From an uncultured Gemmatimonadales bacterium (lineage in GTDB: Bacteria > Gemmatimonadota > Gemmatimonadetes > Gemmatimonadales > Gemmatimonadaceae), in the NCBI GenBank assembly GCA_963851265.1, contig CAWKNZ010000002.1:1376001-1440000 (forward strand): a stretch of 64,000 nt of DNA. Reading direction: 5' to 3'. Position 1 is the first letter of the stretch. Each line of letters opens with the position of its first letter. The translations under genes were made by a program, and so were the position numbers. Below the pieces are notes generated by a model. It made no database searches. It was not told where the DNA came from and saw nothing but the letters and a program-made list of their open reading frames with translations. This document shows, in pieces, positions 19,615 through 31,982 of the stretch.

Positions 19615-22119
19615 CTAGGCCTTGCTCGTCGTCGTCGGCACGCGGAACTCCAACTTGTCCTTCTCCGCGTTGGTGTCGACTTCGATTTCGTCGCCCTTCG
19701 AGAACTCGCCGAGCAGGATCTTCTCCGAGAGCGGGTCCTCGATGTAGCGCTGGATCGCCCGCTTGAGCGGCCGAGCGCCGAAGTTCTCGTCGTACCCCTT
19801 CGTCACGAGGAACTCGGTCGCCGCCTCCGTAAGCCGGATCGACATCTCCCCCTCGCCGAGGCGCTTGTGCACGTCCCCGAGCATGACGGAGACGATCTGC
19901 GCGATCTGCTCCTTCGCGAGCGGGTGGAACACGATCACGTCGTCGAGGCGGTTCAGGAATTCGGGGTTGAACACGCGCCCCATCTCTTCCTTCACCTTCT
20001 CCTGGATCCGCTCGAAGTTGCGCGAGCTCTCGTCGCCGCGCACGAACCCGAGCGAACGGTTCCTCGTGATGTCCTTCGCCCCCACGTTCGACGTCATGAT
20101 GACGACCGTGTTCTTGAAGTCGATCACCCGGCCGTAGTTGTCGGTGAGGTGACCCTCGTCGAGCACCTGAAGCAGGATGTTGAACACGTCCGGGTGCGCC
20201 TTCTCGATCTCGTCGAGCAGCACCACGCTGTACGGCTTGCGCCGCACCGCCTTGGTCAGCGTGCCCGAGTCCTCGTAGCCGACATAGCCCGGAGGCGCAC
20301 CGATGAGGCGCGACACGGAGAACTTTTCCATGTACTCGCTCATGTCGACCCGCACCAGCGCGCTGTCGTCCGCGAACAGGAATCGCGCGAGCGCCCGCGC
20401 CAATTCGGTCTTCCCGACGCCCGTCGGACCCGAGAAGATGAACGTCCCGATCGGCCGCTTCGGATCCTTGAGCCCCGCACGACTACGGCGAATCGAACGG
20501 GAGATTGCCTTGATGGCCTCGTCCTGCCCGATGACCTGCTTGTGCAGCTCGTCCTCCATGTTGAGGAGTCGTGCGGTCTCGGCCTCCTGCAACCGGGTGA
20601 CGGGGATCCCCGTCCAGCGGCTGACGATGAACGCGACCTCCTCCTCCCCGAGCACCGGCCGGAACGACGCCCGACGCTGCTCGAACTCTTCCTGCTTCTT
20701 ACGGATCTCGCCCTGGAGCTCGCGCTCCTTGTCACGCAGCGACGCCGCCTTCTCGAAGTTCTGATCGCGCACGGCCGCTTCCTTCTCGCCGTTCACGACC
20801 TCGAGCTGCTCCTTGAGCGCGGCCACCTCCGGCGGCGGCGCCTGGTTGGCCAGCCGCGCACGCGCCCCCGCCTCGTCGATGACGTCGATCGCCTTATCCG
20901 GGAGGAACCGGTCGGTGATGTAACGCTCCGACTGCTTCGCCGCGGCGAGGAGCGTCGTGTCCGGGATGGTGACGCGGTGGTGATCCTCGTACTTCCCGCG
21001 GAGCCCCTTGAGGATCTCGACCGTCTCGTCGATCGAAGGCGGATCGACGATCACCGTCTGGAAGCGGCGCTCCAGCGCGCCATCCTTCTCGATGTACTTC
21101 CGGTACTCGTTGAGCGTCGACGCGCCCACGCACTGCAGCTCGCCGCGCGCGAGCGCGGGCTTCAGCATGTTGCTCGCGTCGATCGCGCCCTCGGCAGCCC
21201 CGGCGCCCACGAGCGTGTGCAGCTCGTCGATGAACAGGATGATCTGCTTGTTCTGCGCGATCTCGTTCATCACGGCCTTGAGCCGCTCCTCGAACTGGCC
21301 GCGGTACTTGGTCCCCGCGATTACCGCCGCCATGTCCAGTGACAGCACGCGGTGATCCCGGAGCGAGTCGGGGCACTCGCCGTTCGCGATCAGCTGCGCG
21401 AGCCCCTCGACGATCGCGGTCTTGCCCACGCCCGGCTCGCCGATCAGCACGGGATTGTTCTTCTTGCGCCGCGTCAGGATCTCCATCACGCGCTCGATCT
21501 CCTTCGCGCGACCGATGGTCGGATCCAGCTGCCCCTCCGCCGCCAGCGACGTGAGGTCGCGGCAGAAATGGTCGAGCGCCGGCGTCTTGCTCTTCTTGTC
21601 GCCCTTTGCCGCGGCCGGCTCCTTTTGCGGGCCGTTGCCGCCCTTCTCCGGCGCGCCAGCGGAGCCCTGCGGCGCCTCGTTGCCGAGCAGGCGCAGCGTC
21701 TCCGTGCGCGCCGCGTCGAGGTTCACGCCCGTGTCGGTGAGCACCTGCGCGGCGATCCCCTTCTCCTCGCGCAGCAAGCCGAGCAGCAGATGTTCGGTGC
21801 CGACGTAGGAATGGTTCAGCTCACGCGCCTCGGCCATCGCCAGCTCGAGCACCTTCTTCGCGCGCGACGTGTAGGGGAGGTCCGGCCCCGTCGCCTGCGC
21901 CGCCTTACCCTTCTTGACCGTTTCCTCGATCTTCGTCTGGATCTCGTCGAGGTCGGCGTTGAGGTTTTGAAGCACCGCGGCGGCCACGCCTTCCCCTTCC
22001 CGGATCAATCCGAGGAGGATGTGCTCGGTCCCGACGTACTCGTGGTGGAGGCGTGCGGCCTCTTCTCGCGCCATGGCGAGAACCTTCCGCACGCGCTCGG
22101 TGAAGTTGTAGCCGTTCAT
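19615..22119 (-). CDS. clpC: Clp protease ATP-binding subunit ClpC
   Basis: Two Clp-N repeats, GEPGVGKT and GPTGVGKT Walker A, UVR-type middle domain, GARPLKR; SD GAGGGG before ATG 22119. Confidence 0.96.
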   Translation of the reverse strand: MNGYNFTERVRKVLAMAREEAARLHHEYVGTEHILLGLIREGEGVAAAVLQNLNADLDEIQTKIEETVKKGKAAQATGPDLPYTSRAKKVLELAMAEARELNHSYVGTEHLLLGLLREEKGIAAQVLTDTGVNLDAARTETLRLLGNEAPQGSAGAPEKGGNGPQKEPAAAKGDKKSKTPALDHFCRDLTSLAAEGQLDPTIGRAKEIERVMEILTRRKKNNPVLIGEPGVGKTAIVEGLAQLIANGECPDSLRDHRVLSLDMAAVIAGTKYRGQFEERLKAVMNEIAQNKQIILFIDELHTLVGAGAAEGAIDASNMLKPALARGELQCVGASTLNEYRKYIEKDGALERRFQTVIVDPPSIDETVEILKGLRGKYEDHHRVTIPDTTLLAAAKQSERYITDRFLPDKAIDVIDEAGARARLANQAPPPEVAALKEQLEVVNGEKEAAVRDQNFEKAASLRDKERELQGEIRKKQEEFEQRRASFRPVLGEEEVAFIVSRWTGIPVTRLQEAETARLLNMEDELHKQVIGQDEAIKAISRSIRRSRAGLKDPKRPIGTFIFSGPTGVGKTELARALARFLFADDSALVRVDMSEYMEKFSVSRLIGAPPGYVGYEDSGTLTKAVRRKPYSVVLLDEIEKAHPDVFNILLQVLDEGHLTDNYGRVIDFKNTVVIMTSNVGAKDITRNRSLGFVRGDESSRNFERIQEKVKEEMGRVFNPEFLNRLDDVIVFHPLAKEQIAQIVSVMLGDVHKRLGEGEMSIRLTEAATEFLVTKGYDENFGARPLKRAIQRYIEDPLSEKILLGEFSKGDEIEVDTNAEKDKLEFRVPTTTSKA

Positions 22120-22385
22120 GGTTCCCCTCGGTTCCGGATGGGAGCTCGCGTACGAGAGCTTCCGGGTGGACCCGCCCGGTTCGGCGCTTCGACCCACAGT
22201 GCGACGGTCGTGCCGGCGGGCGAATGCCCGTGCGACGTGCCGCGCCCACGAGACGCACAGCAACTACTGCACGGAACATACAGCCCCGATCGACTCGTCG
22301 CGCATCGGACGTTCGGCGGAGCGGCGCACCGGGGTTCACCCGAGCGCCGACCCATCGTCGCGCCGCCGCTACTGCGGACGGCGCG

Positions 22386-23480
22386 TCACGCGGTCGTCCC
22401 CGACTCGCCGAGCAGAGTCGTGCGGACGTACCGCGCGCGCGCCACGTTCGCTTCCGCCTCCGTGAGCGTCCGCGGACCGCCGGGTTCGGCGGCGGCGAGG
22501 TGCGCCGGCTGGCAGAAGATCAGAAGCTTGTTGAGGCTGTATACACTGAGGTCGCGAATCAGTTTCAGCCCGACCGCGAGCCGCACCCCGCTCAGGTAGT
22601 TCATCGCCTCGTCGAACGTGAGGCTGCGCGCGTACCGCAACGTGCCGTACGCACGCCACAGCTTGTCCTCAAGTACCATCGCCGCGTCGCGCAGCAGCAC
22701 GCGCCGCGCTTCCTCCTCGCGCTCGATCACGCGCCGCACCACGCGCCCGAGATGGTCCAGCAGCTCCTCCTCCGAGCGCCCGAGCGTCGTCTGGTTCGAG
22801 ATCTGGAAGAAGTTGCCGACGACCTCGCTCCCTTCGCCGTAGAGCCCGCGGTACGTGAGGCCCATCTGCTGCAGCCCACCGAGGACCTTCTGGATTTCCT
22901 TCGTGAGCACGAGGCCCGGGAGATGGATCAGCACGCTCGCGCGCATGCCCGTCCCGGTGTTCGTCGGACACGCCGTGAGAAACCCGAACTCCGAATGGTA
23001 CGAGTACGGCACCTGCGCCCCGATCGCCTGGTCCATCGCCAACGCGCCCTGGAACGCGCCGGCGAGTTCGAACCCGGATCGCATCGACTGCAATCGGAGA
23101 TGGTCCTCCTCGTTCACCATCACGCCTTCAGATCCGGTCAGCAGTACCGCGGCTCCCGTCTTCACGCCCTTCGGATCGTCGACGCCCGCGAGCTCCTTGC
23201 TCACCAGGTGCCGCTCGTGCAGGAGTCGCCGCTGCGGCGCATCCATCTCGTCGAGCCGGATCCAGACCCCGTCCCGAAGCCCGGGCAGCCGCTCCGCCGC
23301 CTCGCGCACCTGCGCGAGCACACGCAGGCGTTCGCCATCCCGCGCCCGCGGCGTGAACGCGTACCCTTCCACGTTACGCGCGAGGCGCACGCGCGTGGAC
23401 AGCACGACGTCGGCGTGCTCGCCCGACGCGTCGAGCCATCGCGTGCCCCCGTCGGGTAACAGGCTGAGATCGACGCTCAT
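22386..23480 (-). CDS. mcsB: Protein arginine kinase McsB
   Basis: STRVRLARN, MVNEEDHLRLQ, FGFLTACPTNTGTGMRASV, RGLYGEGS, FQISNQTTLG. Confidence 0.95.
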   Translation of the reverse strand: MSVDLSLLPDGGTRWLDASGEHADVVLSTRVRLARNVEGYAFTPRARDGERLRVLAQVREAAERLPGLRDGVWIRLDEMDAPQRRLLHERHLVSKELAGVDDPKGVKTGAAVLLTGSEGVMVNEEDHLRLQSMRSGFELAGAFQGALAMDQAIGAQVPYSYHSEFGFLTACPTNTGTGMRASVLIHLPGLVLTKEIQKVLGGLQQMGLTYRGLYGEGSEVVGNFFQISNQTTLGRSEEELLDHLGRVVRRVIEREEEARRVLLRDAAMVLEDKLWRAYGTLRYARSLTFDEAMNYLSGVRLAVGLKLIRDLSVYSLNKLLIFCQPAHLAAAEPGGPRTLTEAEANVARARYVRTTLLGESGTTA

Positions 23481-24007
23481 GCGCGTGCCACGTTCGACGT
23501 GACTGGCGCATCCGTCGTGTTCCGTTCGGCATTGCGCAGGCGGTCGCGTAACTGCGCGGCGAGCTCGAACTGCTCTGCCGCGATCGCCCGGCGCAGTTCC
23601 TCTCGGAGTTGCCCGACGGTCCCCACCGCCTCTAGCACCGCGGCCGTCGGCGGCACGTACTTGCGCCCGGTGTGTTTCGCGTTCCCGTGCAGCCGCCGGA
23701 GCAACTCACGCAAACTGCGTTCGAACGCGTTGTAGCACCGCGCACACCCCACGCGGCCCGACTGGCGGAAGTCGCGAGCCGTCGCGCCGCAGAAATGACA
23801 GGCCGACTGGTCACCGGGCGCCGCAACAGCCTGCTGATTGACCGCCTGCAGAAAGTCGCTGAGCGCCGGCTTCGGCGTCGCGACCGTGGTCTCGACGCCC
23901 TGTTCCGCCGCGCACCGCTCGCAGAGGTGCTGCTGGCGGACCGTTCCGTCCTTCACCTTCGTCAAGTTGACGACGGCGTCGCGCTCCTGACAGTTGTCGC
24001 AAATCAT
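23477..24007 (-). CDS. mcsA: McsA activator (CXXC motifs + UVR domain)
   Basis: CDNC, CERC, CHFC, CARC, HGNAKHTGRK, EQFELAAQLRD; SD GGAGGAGG. Confidence 0.93.
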   Translation of the reverse strand: MICDNCQERDAVVNLTKVKDGTVRQQHLCERCAAEQGVETTVATPKPALSDFLQAVNQQAVAAPGDQSACHFCGATARDFRQSGRVGCARCYNAFERSLRELLRRLHGNAKHTGRKYVPPTAAVLEAVGTVGQLREELRRAIAAEQFELAAQLRDRLRNAERNTTDAPVTSNVARA

Positions 24008-24144
24008 CGTGGCACCTCCTCCCATCCCCCTTGTACCGCGGCAGGCCCCTTCGGGTGCCGTGCTCTCAACGCGTCCGACGTCAGCCCTGCACCACTCGAT
24101 CCCCCAACACGTTCCGCGCACCCGCGCGAGAGCGCAAGCATCCG

Positions 24145-24921
24145 TCAGACGTCCGCGACGCCGGACCGTGTATCTGACGGCTCGACCGCGCCGACCGTTG
24201 GGTGCAGCCGCCCGTTCGCCAGGCGCAGCACGCGTTGCGCGCGCCCCGCCAACGACGGATTGTGCGTCACCACCACGAGTCCGAGCTGCTCCTCGCGCGC
24301 CAGCCCCGCGAACAGCTCGTGCAACCGCTCGGCGTTCGCCTGGTCGAGGTTCCCCGACGGCTCGTCCGCAAGCAGCACGGCCGGCTCCGCCGCCAGCGCG
24401 CGAGCCACGGCCGCCCGCTGCTGCTCGCCGCCCGAGAGCGCGGCCGGACGGTGGTGCAGCCGCGAGGCGAGCCCGACGCGGTCGAGTAGCGCCGCCGCTC
24501 GCTCGCGGGCCGATCGCGGGGGCTCGCCCGCGATCCGGAGCGGCATCATCACATTCTCGAGCGCGGTGAACTCGCGCAAGAGATGATGAAACTGAAAGAC
24601 AAATCCCACCAGCCGGTTCCGTAGCGTCGCGAGCGCGGCGTCGCTGTGCGCGCCAAGTAACTCGCCGTCGAGGCGCACCTCCCCCGCCGTCGGACGCTCG
24701 AGCGCTCCGAGGACGTGCAGCAGGGTGCTCTTCCCGGCGCCACTCTCGCCGACCACGGCGACCATCTCGCCCCGCTCGACAGCGAGCGAGACGCCGTCGA
24801 GCACGCGCAGCCGCGTCCCATCGCCGCCGATGTAGTCCTTCTCCACGTCGCGCACCTCGAGCACCGCAGCCGGCGTCCTCGAGAGCGATCGGGCCCGCGA
24901 ATCCACGTCCGCTCCGACCAC
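24145..24921 (-). CDS. lolD: Lipoprotein-releasing ABC ATPase
   Basis: GESGAGKST, GFVFQFHHLL, LSGGEQQR, ADEPSGNLD. Confidence 0.9.
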   Translation of the reverse strand: MVGADVDSRARSLSRTPAAVLEVRDVEKDYIGGDGTRLRVLDGVSLAVERGEMVAVVGESGAGKSTLLHVLGALERPTAGEVRLDGELLGAHSDAALATLRNRLVGFVFQFHHLLREFTALENVMMPLRIAGEPPRSARERAAALLDRVGLASRLHHRPAALSGGEQQRAAVARALAAEPAVLLADEPSGNLDQANAERLHELFAGLAREEQLGLVVVTHNPSLAGRAQRVLRLANGRLHPTVGAVEPSDTRSGVADV

Positions 24922-26242
24922 TACTCGTGCCGGATCGCTTCGATCGGATACAGCCGTGCCGCCTGCGCCGCCGGGTACAGCGTCGCGAGCGCCGCGATGG
25001 CGAGGCTGGCGAGGACCGTGATGAGCACGTCGGTCGGCTCGGTCGATACCGGGAGATGATCGATGAAGTAGACCGAGGGGTCGAGCCGGATGAGCTGGAA
25101 TCGCCCGAGCGCAAGCGCGCCGCCGAGCCCGAGTACGAGGCCGCCTACCGTGCCGACAAGGCCGATGGCGAGCCCCTGCAGAAAGAACACGCGGCGCACC
25201 GAGGCGGCCGGCAACCCCATCGCCTTCAGGATCCCGATCTCGCGCGTCTTGTCGGTGACGACCATCGTGAGCGTGCTCACGATGTTGAACGCCGCGACGA
25301 CGACGATCAGCAGCAGGATCACGCTCATCCCGAGCTTCTCGAGTTTGAGCGCTTGGAAAAGCGAGCTGTTCTGATCCTGCCAGTCACGCGCGTAATACGG
25401 GAAGCCGAGTCGCGCCGCGAGGTCCCGCGCGACCCTATCGGCGTGCCACCGGTCGGCGGTCCGCACCTCGAGACCCGTCACAGCCGAGTCGAGGCCGGCC
25501 AGCCGCTGGGCCCGCGGCAAGGCGACGTACAGGTACGTGTTGTCGTACTCGAACATCCCGGTTTCGAAGATGCCGGTCACCTCGAACTGCTCCGCGGTCG
25601 GCACCAGCGTCCCCGTGAGCGGGTTGAGCGCCGTGCTCGCGCGCGTCACGATCGAGATGGTCTGCCCCACCACCGCGTTCAGTTGCTCGGCGAGGCGATT
25701 GCCGAGCACGGCGCCGCGCAGGCGCCCGTCGCCGCTCCGGAAGGTGAAATCGCCCGCGATCGCGTGCGCACGCACGGAGGTCACGTTCACGACGCCCGGC
25801 GCCTGCGGTTCGAGGCCGACGATCTGCGCCCCGGTGGTGTAGCCCTGCGTCCCCAACCCCACGACGCCGTACGTGAACACGACCGGCGCGACGGCTACGA
25901 CGTCCGGCGCGCTCCTTACCCGCGCCATCGCCTCGCGCCAGCGGTCCATGCGCATGCTGTTGCCGACCGTGACGATGCGCACGTCCGGGCTCGCGACGAG
26001 AATCTTCTCCCGGAGGTCGTGCTGCAGTCCGTTCATCACCCCCATGATGAGGATGAGCGCCGCCACGCCGACCACGACGCCCGCGATCGCGATCGCGCTG
26101 ATGAGCGACAGCAGCCCCGATCCGCGCCTGCTCCGCAGATACCGCCACGCGATCGACGCTTCGAGCGCGAGGCGCGACGCGCCAGGCTCCCCGCGCGACG
26201 CCCGCGACGCGCGCGACGTCGAAATGCGGAGCGGAACCGTCG

Positions 26243-26246
<4 letters not shown>
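24921..26246 (-). CDS. lolE: Lipoprotein-releasing ABC permease (single LolC/E-type)
   Basis: [59 protein letters not shown]. Confidence 0.88.
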
Positions 26247-27826
<1,580 letters not shown>

Positions 27827-27830
<4 letters not shown>

Positions 27831-28955
27831 CGCGGTCCGCCGTCGCCGGCCGCGGCCGGGGCACCGTGCTCCTTGAGGTACGCCTCGATGAACGGGTCGA
27901 TCGCGCCGTCCATCACCTTCTGCACGTCCGGGATCTTGAGCTCGGTGCGATGATCGTTGACCATCGTGTAGGGCTGGAACACGTAGCTCCGGATCTGGCT
28001 TCCGAAGCTCACGTCGGTCTTGGTCGCGTTCAGCGCGTCCTTCGCCGCCTGCTGCTTGTCAGCTTCGATCTGGTAGAGGCGGTTCTTAAGCATCTTCATC
28101 GCGGTCGCCTTGTTCTTGAACTGCGACCGCTCCTGCTGCGACGACACGACGACGCCCGACGGCATATGTCGGAGCCGGACCGCGGACGACGTCTTGTTGA
28201 CGTGCTGCCCGCCGGCGCCGCTCGCGCGAAACACTTCCATCACGATGTCCTCGTCGCGGACCTCGATGTTGATCTCCTCGTCGACGACCGGGTACACGAA
28301 GACCGAGGCGAAGCTCGTGTGCCGCCGCGCTTGCGCGTCGAACGGCGAGATGCGCACGAGTCGGTGCACGCCGGTCTCGGGTCGCAGAAAGCCGAACGCG
28401 TACTGCCCGCGAATTTCGATCACGGCGCCCTTGATGCCGGCCTCTTCGCCCTCGGAGACGTCGAGCACCTCGACTTCGAAGCCGCGTCGCTCCGCCCAGC
28501 GCGTGTACATGCGCAGAATCATCTGCGCCCAGTCCTGCGCCTCGGTCCCGCCCGCGCCCGCGGAGATCTCGACCTGCGCGTCGCGGGCGTCGTCCGGCCC
28601 CTGCAGGAGCGTTCGAAGTTCGAAATCATCGAGCGCTCGCTCGATCGCGTCGACCTCGCTCTCGAGATCGCGCGAGAGATCAGCGTCCGGCTCGACCTCG
28701 AGGAGATCGAGGAGCTCCCGCGCACCAGCGACGCGCGTCTCGATTCCGTCGAACGGCTCGACCCAGTTACGGAGCGCCTTGACGTCCTGCACGACGCGTT
28801 GCGCGCGCTCCTGGTTGTCCCAGAAGCCGGGCTCGCTCATCTGTGCTTCGAGTTGCTCCAGACGGTCGCGCTTGGACGCGACGTCAAAGATACCCCCGCA
28901 GCTCGGCGACCCGGTCCTGCTGTCGCTCGAGCTGCCGTACACGCTCGTGATCCAT
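27827..28955 (-). CDS. prfB: Peptide chain release factor 2 with programmed +1 frameshift
   Basis: ATG 28955 gives MDHERVRQLERQQDRVAELRGYL then TGA; +1 frame carries SPF and GGQ motifs. Confidence 0.97.
28883..28898 (-). promoter_or_regulatory. prfB +1 frameshift cassette
   Basis: CGGGGG TAT CTT TGA C matches the canonical internal SD + CUU UGA C shift site. Confidence 0.95.
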
Positions 28956-29071
28956 TGCTTCGTTCACCGTGGGAGGCGCGGCGACGCGACACCCGCGTCT
29001 CCAAACCTCGAAGTATAACGCGGCGGTAAAGCCGGTCCGCGCCAACGGCCGTCGGTGGAACGCTCGCCGCG

Positions 29072-29749
29072 TCAGAACACGCGGCGCCCGCCGGCGAGCA
29101 CATCGTTGAGCGCGTCCTGAAAGTGCGGCGTCGACTCCGCGACGGTCGCGCCAACCTGCTCGACGTACTCGTCCCAGCTCTTCCGGATCTCCTCCCGGAA
29201 CAGCTGCCGCAGCGTCCCGTCGCGCAGACCTTGTTCGCGCTTCTGCGGATTGTACGCCACGAGGTCGGACACGAGCGCGCGCGCCAGGCGACGTGCGCGC
29301 AACTCCGGCGTGTTGTTCAGGTACGGATTGACCGGCCGCGCGCGGCCATCACTCGGCGCCGATGGCCCGACGGCGTGAGCCGGCGCCGGAGCGGCGTTCA
29401 CCGACGCGTCTGGCGCGGCACGTTCCGGCGTCGCGGCCATGTCGCCACTCGCCGGCGCGGCCGAGGGCTCGTCGGCGTTCTGCGCCGGAACCACCGTGTC
29501 TTCCGAACGCATGTCCGGAGGTGCCGCGAACGCACTCGGAGCGTCCGACTGCTCGCCGACCGCACGCGGCGAGCCCGAATCCATCGCGCTACCCACGGCC
29601 GCGACATCGGGATGCGGCGCCTCAGCGTTCACCCGCGACACCGAGATGATGCCGCCGCAGACGCTACACCGCGCTTGGACGCCAACCTCCGGGACCTTCG
29701 CCGGATCGACGCGGAAAGTCGAACCGCAGTCAGGGCAGGATACGTTCAC
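29072..29749 (-). CDS. MJ0042-type zinc-ribbon protein with disordered linker and helical C-terminal domain
   Basis: VSCPDCGSTFRVDPAKVP..ARCSVC; C-term ARRLARALVSDLVAYNP..EEIRKSWDEY; GTG overlaps upstream stop. Confidence 0.8.
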   Translation of the reverse strand: MNVSCPDCGSTFRVDPAKVPEVGVQARCSVCGGIISVSRVNAEAPHPDVAAVGSAMDSGSPRAVGEQSDAPSAFAAPPDMRSEDTVVPAQNADEPSAAPASGDMAATPERAAPDASVNAAPAPAHAVGPSAPSDGRARPVNPYLNNTPELRARRLARALVSDLVAYNPQKREQGLRDGTLRQLFREEIRKSWDEYVEQVGATVAESTPHFQDALNDVLAGGRRVF

Positions 29750-30807
29750 TCGATGTCCGCAAAGGGTGCGGTGGACTGGGCAGATTCTTCGCCGCGCCGG
29801 TCGAAGGCGAACACAGAACCGGGCAGCGTCTTCGCGAAGCTCTTCATCTCCGACGCGAGCCGACTCACCTCGGCGGCCGACTCGAACCGGCGCCGTTCGG
29901 TGGTCGCGACGCCCACCGAGAGCGTCATGAGCGGGACTCGGTGCAGCTGACCGCGCCGGTCCTTGCCAAGATAGTATCCGGCCCGGCGGTCCGCCGCGTT
30001 GTACTGCATGGGCGCGATGATATCGAACGTCTCGACCATCAGGGCGCACGCCGCAGCAGCTGCGTGTAACGGGAGCACGCAGAGAAAGTCGTCCCCGCCG
30101 ATGTGCCCCACGAACGCGTCGTCGCCCGCAGCGCCGAGTGCAACGTCGTGTAGCAGACGCGCGACCATGCGAATTACGCGGTCGCCCTCGCGGAATCCGT
30201 ACCGGTCGTTGAACTCCTTGAAGTGGTCCAGGTCCGCATAGCAGGCCGCGAACGCACGACCGGCGTCGAGGTGTGCTGTCAGCAAGGCATCGATCGCAGG
30301 CGGTCCGGGGAGCCCGGTTGTCGGTTGCGCGGCGAGATCGCGGCGCGAGCGACGGATCGCCGCGTCCAGACGCGCGACGGCCAAATCGCCACGCTCGTCG
30401 TGCGCGAGCACCTCATCGGCGCCCGCCCGCAGGAAATCCGCCGCGTCTGCACTATCGGACGCCCCGATTCCGATCACGACGCACGGCACCAGCGCAGTGT
30501 ACGCATCGTGCTTGGCCGCTGCGCACGCCGCGAGAGCCGTCGAGGCATCCCGCGCCTCGAGCAGGACGAGATCGGGACGCGAACGGCGGAGGACAGAGAG
30601 CAGGTCGCCGACGTCCCGTGCGATCCGCACGTCGGCGCCGCGCAGCCACGACGACAGCCAGGGCGGTCCGGTCGCCGGTTCGCCGTCGGCGGTGGACGCG
30701 AGCCGTAAAACGGAGAGATCCCCGAGCGTTGCCGGCACGCGCGCGCCTATCGCGCGCGCTTGGCGCGCACGAGCGCGCCCCCGCCGGTCCCGCGCGGCGC
30801 CACGCAC
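29746..30807 (-). CDS. Diguanylate cyclase-type protein (degenerate receiver + GGDEF); start uncertain
   Basis: PDLVLLE..FLRAGADE receiver-like; PTTGLPG, YADLDHFKEFNDRYGF..GD, HIGGDDF. Confidence 0.85.
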   Translation of the reverse strand: MRGAARDRRGRARARQARAIGARVPATLGDLSVLRLASTADGEPATGPPWLSSWLRGADVRIARDVGDLLSVLRRSRPDLVLLEARDASTALAACAAAKHDAYTALVPCVVIGIGASDSADAADFLRAGADEVLAHDERGDLAVARLDAAIRRSRRDLAAQPTTGLPGPPAIDALLTAHLDAGRAFAACYADLDHFKEFNDRYGFREGDRVIRMVARLLHDVALGAAGDDAFVGHIGGDDFLCVLPLHAAAAACALMVETFDIIAPMQYNAADRRAGYYLGKDRRGQLHRVPLMTLSVGVATTERRRFESAAEVSRLASEMKSFAKTLPGSVFAFDRRGEESAQSTAPFADIE

Positions 30808-30820
30808 CGTTCGGCGGTCA

Positions 30821-30997
30821 TCACGGGGACGGAATCTCGATCGCCTCGTCCACCAGCATGATCGGGATGTCGTCCCGGACCGGGTATCGAAGCCGGCACT
30901 GCGGGCAGTCGAGCGCGGCCTGGTCCTCTCGGTAAGTCAGCGGTCCCTTGCACCGCGGACACACGAGTACGGCGAGCAGTTGAGGCGAGAGGCTCAT
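30821..30997 (-). CDS. Trm112/YcaR family protein
   Basis: MSLSPQLLAVLVCPRCKGPL..CPQCRLRYPVRDDIPIMLVDEA; ATGA overlap with era stop. Confidence 0.92.
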   Translation of the reverse strand: MSLSPQLLAVLVCPRCKGPLTYREDQAALDCPQCRLRYPVRDDIPIMLVDEAIEIPSP

Positions 30998-31929
30998 CGC
31001 TCGGACGCCGGCGGGAGATGATACCCGAAGCGCCGGAGTGCCCGACCGTCGCGTCGCCAGTTGTGAAGAACCTTTACCCACAAATCGAGATACACAGCGG
31101 CTCCGATGAACGTCTCGATCTTCGTCCGTGACGCGCGTCCGATCTCGCGCAGGCGTCCGCCTCGTGCGCCGATGAGGATGCCGCGCTGCGAATCCCGCTC
31201 GACGTACAGCGTCGCGCGAATGTATACAGGACGCCGCGACTCGCGGAATTCGTCGATCTCGCACGCGAGCGCGTATGGGACCTCGTCCTCGAGCGTCTCT
31301 AGCGCGGTCTCGCGGATCATCTCGGCGACGAAGTAGCGCACCGACTGCGTGCTGATCTCGTCCTCCGGATATAGAAACGGGCTTTCCGGCAACGCCACGG
31401 TGATGCGCTCGACGAGCGCTTCGACGCCTTCGCCCGACTGCGCGGAGATCCAGAGTGCGTCGCGGAGCTCGGCCGCGGCGCGCGCGGGATGCCCGGGCGG
31501 GAGCACGTCCGACTTGTTGGCGACGCGCAGCACGGGTGCGCGGAGCGGCGCGCTCGCGCCGGCGGCGCGCGCGAGATCGAGCCCCGCGTCGGCGAGATCG
31601 CCCGATGCGTCGACGACATGAACGATGACGTCTGCGTCGCGGAGCGCATCGCGCGCGGTCGCCTGCATCGCCTCGTGAAGCGCGTACCGGGGCTCGAGCA
31701 GGCCGGGCGTGTCGAGGAACACGAGCTGTGCGAGCGGCTCGCTGCGGATCCCGACGACGCGATCGCGCGTCGACTGCGGCTTCGAGCTCGTGATTGCGAG
31801 CTTCTCGCCGACGAGCCGGTTGAGCAGCGTGGATTTACCAGCGTTAGGCCGCCCGGCGATCGCGACGTACCCCGCGCGCGTTCGGGGCGCTAGCGCGGCC
31901 GGTGTGGACGGCGGGTCGGGATCAGGCAT
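30994..31929 (-). CDS. era: GTPase Era
   Basis: GRPNAGKSTLLN, PQSTR, DTPG, NKSD, ISA, KH domain ending LDLWVKV. Confidence 0.96.
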   Translation of the reverse strand: MPDPDPPSTPAALAPRTRAGYVAIAGRPNAGKSTLLNRLVGEKLAITSSKPQSTRDRVVGIRSEPLAQLVFLDTPGLLEPRYALHEAMQATARDALRDADVIVHVVDASGDLADAGLDLARAAGASAPLRAPVLRVANKSDVLPPGHPARAAAELRDALWISAQSGEGVEALVERITVALPESPFLYPEDEISTQSVRYFVAEMIRETALETLEDEVPYALACEIDEFRESRRPVYIRATLYVERDSQRGILIGARGGRLREIGRASRTKIETFIGAAVYLDLWVKVLHNWRRDGRALRRFGYHLPPASER

Positions 31930-31940
31930 GGGCGAAATGA

Positions 31941-31977
31941 ACGACGTCCCCGATTGCAGAGCAATCGGGGACGTCGT
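31941..31977 (-). terminator. rRNA operon terminator hairpin
   Basis: Perfect 17-bp stem ACGACGTCCCCGATTGC/GCAATCGGGGACGTCGT right after 5S, followed by TCATTT on minus strand. Confidence 0.75.
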
Positions 31978-31982
31978 GAGGG

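Noticed and set aside
30747..30821. 24-codon ORF (MTAERC...) overlapping the Trm112 stop, suggesting a frameshifted GGDEF N-terminus
   Set aside because: No recognisable domain in it and in-frame GTG starts exist for the GGDEF gene; cannot be supported without orthologs
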